Shown: piece by piece, positions 56,707 through 64,000 of the stretch
Layout: each line of letters begins with the position of its first letter
How positions within the stretch are numbered: the first letter of the stretch is position 1
Assembly (NCBI GenBank): GCA_964016885.1
Contig: OZ024741.1
Span: 16,926,001 to 16,990,000 of the forward strand
DNA from: Eledone cirrhosa
Lineage: Eukaryota
Direction of reading: 5' to 3'
DNA length: 64,000 nucleotides
Position numbers and translations under genes: made by a program
The notes under the pieces: generated by a model
The model's input: the letters and a program-made list of their open reading frames with translations, nothing else
Told to the model about the DNA's origin: nothing
Databases searched by the model: none

Positions 56707-56937
56707 AGTGTCGGGACTCAACTCAAATTCTTTACTTATACTTTAATCTGTACTTCCGGTTCCAACTGGAGAGAGGACAATACGATGAAATAACTACAAA
56801 ATGCTGACTGTTTCGGAGTAATGCGAGGTAACTCGTGCATGAAACAGACTCTGTTATCAACACTACCTAATATGGTCTTATTCTTACATATCTAAAGTAT
56901 AATTTATATTAATTATCTACACACACACACACGCACA

Positions 56938-56974
<37 letters not shown>

Positions 56975-57100
56975 ACACATAAACACAGACACACATACAC
57001 ACACATATATATCTATATACATATATATTATATATATGATATATATATAATACATATATATACATATATAGAGGCACACACACACACACACACACACATG

Positions 57101-57148
<48 letters not shown>

Positions 57149-57152
<4 letters not shown>

Positions 57153-57417
57153 AAAGTTCTATTTAAATTGTTGGGATACAACAAGCAAATATTTTTATAA
57201 CTGATATAAAGCACTCGACAAGTATTTGGAGTAGATATACGATATTAACAAATGGAAACTATATTTATAAAACCATATCTATTTTATTATACATATTTCA
57301 AAGATACCATGTTAAATTATGGTATGCCTTCATCAGACAAAATACAATATATACCAGTTTTATAAATAAACATTGACGTACCCTTTCAAAATGTAACCAT
57401 TACTTTTGGAAGACATC

Positions 57418-57420
<3 letters not shown>
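57149..57420 (-). mobile_element. Diverged family A copy in (TA)n
   Basis: Colinear with 40667-40888. Confidence 0.85.
57280..57344 (-). ncRNA. Type I hammerhead ribozyme (family A, diverged)
   Basis: Minus: UAUUUUGU-CUGAUGA-AGGC AUACCAU loop AUGGUAU CUUU-GAAA-UAUGUA-UA-AUAAAAUA. Confidence 0.82.
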
Positions 57421-57468
<48 letters not shown>

Positions 57469-57470
<2 letters not shown>

Positions 57471-57650
57471 CGAAGGAAGTGTGGTAAGGAACCAGGTGGA
57501 TCATAACGCACCAGAGTACTCAATACTTAGGGTAGTAGAGTGGGTAATAGGAAAATGTATGACCCCGACGGCAGAGCTGAAGCCGTTTTGACGGCTATTT
57601 CTGGACGTCGAAACGGCTTGAGCTCTGCCGTCGAGGTCATACATTTTCCT
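57469..57650. mobile_element. Fold-back family B element in (TA)n
   Basis: Reverse-orientation homolog of 37358-37578, with inverted arms. Confidence 0.8.
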
Positions 57651-57710
57651 ATATATATATATATATATACACATATATACAAACATACACGCAAACACAC
57701 ATACATACAC

Positions 57711-57755
<45 letters not shown>

Positions 57756-57854
57756 TATACACACATATATACAAACATACACGCAAACACACATACATAC
57801 ATACACATGTATTTTTATATATAGTCACACGCAGCAACACTACCAGGATTATCC

Positions 57855-58238
57855 ACAACTACCACCACCACCACCACCACCACAACAGCAACTACCGCCA
57901 CCACCACAACAACTACTACCACCACCACTACTACAACTACCACCACCACCAGCACCAGCACCAGCACCACCACCACCACCACCACCACTACAACTACCAC
58001 CACCACCACCACCACAACAACTACTACCACCACCACTACTTCAACTACCACCACCACCACCACCACCACCACCACCACAACAACAACAGCAACTACCGCC
58101 ACCACCACAACAACTACTACCACCACCACTACTACAACTACCACCAGCACCAGCACCAGCACCACCACCACCACAACCACCACCACTACCACCACCACCA
58201 CCACTGCCACCACTGCCACCACCACAAATAACAACAGT
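57855..58238. repeat. Degenerate (CCA/CAA/CTA)n repeat
   Basis: Visible directly in sequence. Confidence 0.92.
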
Positions 58239-58390
58239 AGCCAGACATATCCTAGCAGTAATGAGAATTAATTGCTGACTTCATTAATAAGTCGTATAAC
58301 ATATAATATATTTATATAAGGCAGTAGTAGTGTCTAGACAAACATTGCTGATGTCAGAGAAATGTTGTGACTTAGTACTTCATGTGATGT

Positions 58391-58913
58391 GTGTAGGGTC
58401 TCACCTGATAGGGTCGTATGTAGGGTCTCTCCTGATAGGGTCGTATGTAGGGTCTCTCCTGATAGGGTCGTATGTAGGATCTCTCCTGATAGGGTCGTAT
58501 GTAGGGTCTCTCCTGATAGGGTCGTATGTAGGGTCTCTCCTGACAGGGTCATATGTAGGGTCTCTCCTGATAGGGTCGTATGTAGGGTCTCTCCTGACAG
58601 GGTCATATGTAGGATCTCTCCTGATAGGGTCGTATGTGGGATCTCTCCTGATAGGGTCATATGTAGGATCTCTCCTGATAGAGTTGTGATGTAGGATCTC
58701 TCCTGATAGAGTCATATGTATGGTCCCTCCTGATAGGGTTGTGATGTAGGATCTCTCCTGATAGGGTCATATGTATGGTCCCTCCTGATAGGGTTGTGAT
58801 GTAGGATCTCTCCTGATAGGGTCATATGTATGGTCCCTCCTGATAGGGTTGTGATGTAGGATCTCTCCTGATAGGGTCATATGTATGGTCCCTCCTGATA
58901 GGGTTGTGATGTA
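58391..58913. repeat. 27-bp minisatellite (GTAGGGTCTCTCCTGATAGGGTCGTAT) switching to a 55-bp dimeric unit at the right end
   Basis: Visible period; alternating 27/28-bp variants from ~58690. Confidence 0.93.
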
Positions 58914-58925
58914 TTGATATACGGT

Positions 58926-59165
58926 GTCTAGGTATTTTAAGCCTAGTGGAGCTCATCTCTCTCCAGGCCTGAGGACAGTAGATTTCTTCCAGAGAAAGAT
59001 AGAGACGGAGAAAGAAGAAATGATAAAGAGATATAGAGGAAGAATCAACCCCAGTACAACACTGGTATTTGTTATCGACTTCGAACCTCGGCGGGATTTG
59101 AACTCAGAGAGTAGAGGGCCGGAATAAATACATTCTATCCGACGCTCTAACCACTCTGCCAACTC
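58926..59165 (-). mobile_element. tRNA-derived SINE, internally deleted (same subfamily as 43925-44212)
   Basis: Shares AGATTTCTTCCAGAGAAAGATAGA tail, ACCCCAGTAC and GGATTTGAACTC. Confidence 0.75.
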
Positions 59166-59208
59166 CCAGTCTATGCTTGTAATAGTGAGATCTTAGATCA
59201 TTGTGAAA

Positions 59209-59513
59209 GCCTGTGACTTTGTGGTTAGGGTAACCGTCTCACAATCATAAGGTCGTAAGTTCGATTCCAGGCGGTGCAGGACACTTTATTTCACGTTGCT
59301 CCAGTCCACTCAACTGGCAAAAATGAATTGTAACTGTAATTCGAAGGATAAGCCATATCACATTCTATGTCACGTTGAGTCTCCCTGAGAACTCCATTAT
59401 AGGTACACGTGTCTGTGGAATGCTCAGTCACCTACACGTTAATTTCATGAGCAGGTTGTATCGTTGACCAGATCAACTGGAACACTCGTCGTCGTAAGTG
59501 ACGGAGTGCCAGT
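59209..59513 (+). mobile_element. tRNA-derived SINE (second family), near full length
   Basis: A-box-like GTGGTTAGGG, B-box AGTTCGATTCC, core GACACTTTATTTCACGTTGCTCCAGTCCACTCA. Confidence 0.75.
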
Positions 59514-59700
59514 TATATATCACTCATTAACCCTTTCTTGTTTACATCTAATTAAATCCATTCAATTTCAATTAATTAATGAAGAATTTTAAGGGATTTC
59601 CTAAATTATAATTATTTCATTACTAAGATATAACAAGCTTCTTATAAAGTCAGGTTTAAACTTCAACAAGGAACTTTTAAAGTGGTTTTATAGAACTAGA

Positions 59701-61000
59701 GTTGGTAGTGGTGGTGGTGGTAGTAGTGGTAGTGGTGGTGGTGGTAGTCGAGGTGGTGGTGGTGGTAGTAGTGGTGGTAGTGGTAGTGGTGGTGGTAGTA
59801 GTGGTGGTAGTGGTGGTGGTGGTAGTCGAGGTGGTGGTGGTGGTAGTAGTGGTGGTAGTGGTAGTGGTGGTGGTAGTAGTGGTGGTAGTGGTAGTGGTGG
59901 TGGTGGTGGTAGTAGTGGTGGTAGTGGTAGTGGTGGTGGTAGTAGTGGTGGTAGTGGTAGTGGTGGTGGTGGTGGTGGTAGTAGTGGTGGTAGTGGTAGT
60001 GGTGGTGGTGGTAGTAGTGGTGGTAGTGGTAGTGGTGGTGGTAGTGGTGGTGGTATTGGTAGTGGTGGTGGTGGTAGTGGTGGTGGTATTGGTAGTGGTG
60101 GTGGTGGTGGTGGTAGTAGTGGTGGTAGTGGTAGTGGTGGTGGTAGTAGTCGAAGTGGTGGTGGTGGTGGTGGTAGTAGTCGAGGTGGTGGTGGTGGTAG
60201 TAGTGGTGGTAGTGGTAGTGGTGGTGGTAGTAGTCGAGGTGGTGGTGGTGGTAGTAGTGGTGGTAGTGGTAGTGGTGGTGGTAGTAGTCGAGGTGGTGGT
60301 GGTGGTAGTAGTGGTGGTAGTGGTAGTGGTGGTGGTAGTAGTGGTGGTAGTGGTAGTGGTGGTGGTAGTGGTGGTGGTATTGGTAGTGGTGGTGGTGGTG
60401 GTAGTAGTGGTGGTGGTATTGGTAGTGGTGGTGGTGGTGGTAGTAGTGGTGGTAGTGGTAGTGGTGGTGGTAGTGGTCAAGGTGGTGGTGGTTGTAGTGG
60501 TGGTGGTAGTGGTGTGGTGGTAGTGGTAGTGGTGGTGGTGGTAGTGGTATTGGTAGTGGTGGTGGTAGTGGTGGTGGTGGTGGTAGTGGTGGTGGTGGTA
60601 GTGATGGTGGTAGTGGTGGTGGTGGTAGTGGTGGTAGTATTGGTAGTGGTAGTGGTGGTGGTAGTGGTGGTGGTAGTGGTAGTGGTAGTGGTAGTGGTAG
60701 TGGTGGTGGTGGTGGTAGTGGTGGTGGTGTTAGTGGTGGTGGTGGTATTGGTGGTGGTGGTGGTAGTGGTGGTAGTTGTAGTGGCAGTGGTAGTGGTGGT
60801 GGTAGTGGTTATAGTGGTAGTACTAGTGGTAGTGTTTGTAGTGGTAGTTGTAGTGGCAATGGTAATGGTGGTGGTAGTCGTGGTAGTGATAGTGTTAGTG
60901 TTAGTGGTAGTAGTGGTAGTGGCAGTGGTAGTGGTGGCGGTATTGGTGGTAGTGGTAGTTGCAGTGGTGGTTGTGGTGGTAGTGGTGGTAGTGCTGGCGG
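59701..61000. repeat. Long (GGT/AGT)n trinucleotide repeat
   Basis: Visible directly; poly-V/poly-T ORFs are artefacts. Confidence 0.97.
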
Positions 61001-61107
61001 TAATACTATAATGTGCCACCAACTAAACAACACACTTAACTCTGCACTTCTTCCTCTCCTTTGTATTATCTCCCTTTATTCTCTCTTCCATTATTAATTT
61101 ATTATAA

Positions 61108-61298
61108 TGGGCGGTGGATTGGCAGTATCGGTAGAGGGTCGGACACCATGCTTTGACGCATAGAGTTACGGCCCTTGCCATTCTGAGTTCAAATGCAACC
61201 GAGGTTAACTTTGCCTTTCATCCTTACGGGGTCGATAAAATAAAGTACCAGTAATGTACTGGGTATTTGCTGGCCTTGTGCCAAAAGTAGAAACAATT
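61108..61298 (+). mobile_element. tRNA-derived SINE (MetaSINE-like core), full length
   Basis: TGGCAGTATCGGTAGAG A-box-like, GAGTTCAAATGC B-box-like, GTTAACTTTGCCTTTCATCCTTACGGGGTCGATAAAATAAAGTACCAGT core, (ATT)n tail. Confidence 0.85.
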
Positions 61299-61587
61299 AT
61301 TAATTTATTATATCCCTTCCTTATTGTAAAGTTCTGTTGGTTAATCTACTCCTCGGTAGCCTTATCTGCCATCTTGTGTGACAACACACATAACACTGAT
61401 AGTGATGTCTGCTACCACCCATTAACATATTTAACATTTTCACACCAAACTCCTAGAAGCAATCCCTCACTCTACGATAAAGACAAATATTTATTTGAAA
61501 GTGTTTATATTTATCTTAAAAAAGTCTTCCATCATAATTTTATGTAAGAACTTCTTTAAAGTTATGATTGAAACAAACGCCAGCTTC

Positions 61588-61795
61588 ATAATGATTTCTG
61601 ATTTAGGCACAAGGCCAACAATTTGTAGGTAGGGGAAAGGTCATTACATCGACCCCAGTAAGTGATTGGTACGTTATTTTATCGCCCCCAAAAGATAAAA
61701 GGCAAAGTAGACCTGGGCGGGATTTGAACTCAGTACGTAACGAGCCGGAATAAATGCCGCAAAGCATTAATCCGACAATCTAACGCACTACGCTA
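61588..61795 (-). mobile_element. tRNA-derived SINE (MetaSINE-like core)
   Basis: GGCACAAGGCCA..ATCGACCCCAGTA..GGTAC..AAAGGCAAAGT..GATTTGAACTC. Confidence 0.8.
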
Positions 61796-61799
61796 GGTT

Positions 61800-62010
61800 A
61801 ATAATGGTTTCTTATATAGGCACAAGGCCAGCAATTTTGGGAGACGGAAGATCAATTAAATCGACCCCAGTGTGTTAAGGTACTTTATTTTATCGACTCC
61901 GTAAGGATAAAAGGTAAAGTTAACCTCGGCAGAATTTGAACTCTGGGCCGTAACTCTATGCTGCAAAGCATGGTGTCTGACGCTCTACCGATACTGCCAA
62001 TCCACCAGCC
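61800..62010 (-). mobile_element. tRNA-derived SINE (MetaSINE-like core)
   Basis: Reverse-complement homology to 61108-61298. Confidence 0.85.
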
Positions 62011-62344
62011 TCACCCTAGCTTAATAATGAGTTATACTACTAAATCCCTCCAAAATATTTGAAAATCATAAATAGGTAATGTCTTTCTTTTAAAATATGG
62101 TAAAGAAAGGGTTACTCTCATGTCTGCGTCACTTGCCAATAAACCTAATCTTTTTAGTGGTGTCTGGTATCACTTAATTCTTGTAGTCATATCTGTAGTC
62201 AATTAACTCTATCATATTCGTTGTAATGGTGTTTGGTATCGCTAACATACTTTACTCTCCCTCTCATCACCCAAGCTTATATATATATACATACATAGAT
62301 GTGTGTGTGTGTGTCACGTAGCTCTTCTGCCCTACTGGTAACAT

Positions 62345-63721
62345 GTAACCCAGTACAACCTATGCATGGTCGGGTCGTCGGTGACTAAACCGGCAAACCT
62401 ATCAAGCTTACTTGGTGAGGAGGGGGTGTTGGACACCCTGCGGGATGAAAAACAAAAGCCGTCAAAGGGCGGAGGAACTCAGGAGAGACTCCCAGTCTTC
62501 ATTAAGACATCTCTCTAGAAGGTTACTCTGATATAAAATATGCGACTTCGTTTGCATCCAATGCTGTAGACCAGTTCTTCTTTTTAGGCAAATGCATTCG
62601 ATGTTCAGAGAGAGGGATTGGCCCCGTGCGAAGCCTTTCCCCACTTAAAAAAGCTTCAAGCACAGGCATCGCTTGATATGTGACATTGTTTGTGATGCAT
62701 GGTATTGCTGGTCATAGGCAAGTCCCTAGCAGGACTAGGAAGCCACGTCCGTGATGCTCATGCTTAATTTCAAAATGATGGCATTACTCAAAATCGAGTT
62801 GCAGCCATCATGTATGTATCGGGGAGATGACCCCTTAGCCTTTGTCAAGGCAGAATTCTAGGAGAAGGAAAACGCTGTTATAACACCTGCAACTCTGATG
62901 GTATCCAATGATGTTGACTTGTTCTTCTTTTTTGGTATATATCATTTTGGTTAAGAGAGTGGGACTGGCTTTGTGCAGTGCCTTTGCTCACTATAAAAGC
63001 TTCACGGCACAGGCATTGCTTTATATCTGGAGATCTCTCTGCACTTGTCGTCACATGGTACCATGGGCCCAGCACTATGTGTCAATAATTGTCACAAGTG
63101 TAGTGTTTGTACCAGAGTTTTCAAGTCACTGGCTGGACTAAAAAGTGACACTCGTTCAGCGCATCGGTAGGGGTTCTCCTACATGGATATAAAGTAGTGG
63201 CCGTACTCGAAAACGAGTTGGCAGCCACCATGTATATATGTATGTAACCCAGTACAACCTGTCCCATAGTCGGGTTTTCAGCGACTAAACCGGCAACCCC
63301 ACCAAGTTTTATGAAATACAAGACCCGGCGAACGGTGGAGGAACTCAGCAGAGTCAACGGCCATCCAAATAGTACATTTTTACCCCCACCTGGGAGTGAA
63401 AGGCACCTAAGCTGTTGTCACAACACATTTCTAAGAGAGCGAAACTCTGAAAAAAAAAACCCTGGGGCTTCGGAATCATCCAATGATGTTGACCAGTTCT
63501 CCTTTTCGGGTAGTGTTTTCGAAGCTCGGACTGTGGGATTGGTCGAGTGCAAGGCCTTTCCCCACTTAAAAAACTTTCAACACAGGCATTGCTTGTTCAG
63601 GATATGTTACAGGTTTGTGTGACTGGCCGTAGCCTTTTAGGCTACGTGCACCAAACTCTATAATCTGACAAGCGATTGCAATACTCTTAGCAGAGTTTTC
63701 AGCCATCATGTGTGTATGTAA
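62345..63721 (+). mobile_element. Three head-to-tail diverged copies of a ~420-480 bp non-autonomous retroposon (possibly RTE 5'UTR-derived) with (TGTA)n tails
   Basis: Shared blocks ATCCAATG..GACYAGTTCT (~62557, ~62904, ~63478), GCCTTT..CACT..AAAA..CACAGGCAT and terminal GAGTT..CAGCCAYCATGT(ATGT)n at ~62810, ~63232 and ~63710. Confidence 0.65.
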
Positions 63722-64000
63722 CTGTCATTTGCTTGAAATAGAACGTGAGCAAATCCAAACCCAACCGTTGCTATCTACGAATTCAAGCAACCACTAATCA
63801 CAATCCTACAATCCACCCTATCTACCCTACACCTACTGTATTAGTCTTACATTAAATTCAAATAATCCTTCAACACGATACACCAGCTGTCTCGGTAAAA
63901 CAACAACCAGCCTGCTCCAATTACTGGTATATATATATATATATATATATATAAGTGTGCATGCGTGTGTGTAAGAGTTGATAATGTGTGTCAAAAGACA

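Noticed and set aside
59677-61022. Poly-Thr / poly-Val ORFs resembling a mucin
   Set aside because: Pure (GGT/AGT)n microsatellite without supporting exon structure; the same applies to 42.1, 43.3, 44.5 and 57.9 kb.
61108-62010. tRNA genes
   Set aside because: A/B-box-like motifs are SINE heads followed by SINE core and tail; no complete cloverleaf.

Overview
Eukaryotic, repeat-dominated window. The SINE motifs and extreme microsatellite load suggest an octopod cephalopod, which is an inference. Bases 1-28.5 kb are one 34-bp satellite array with kb-scale internal duplications. Bases 28.5-36.2 kb are a chain of minisatellites. Bases 36-64 kb mix micro/minisatellites, tRNA-derived SINEs, RTE-type LINE relics and many 150-700 bp islands embedded in (TA)n tracts. 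Read on both strands, these islands carry type I hammerhead ribozymes (stem I-CUGANGA-stem II-GAAA-short, mostly palindromic stem III-NUH-stem I). I find 12 with canonical cores from 7 unrelated families, plus several variant, decayed or half copies. Many islands are fold-backs with one polarity: RNA 5' sides joined in the middle and 3' sides abutting (TA)n. The largest (54.5-56.7 kb) encloses a decayed Penelope-like-element GIY-YIG endonuclease region, tying the system to PLE/retrozyme-type retrotransposition. Nearly all ORFs in the supplied track are microsatellite artefacts. One tentative two-exon minus-strand gene end lies at 43.1-45.3 kb.
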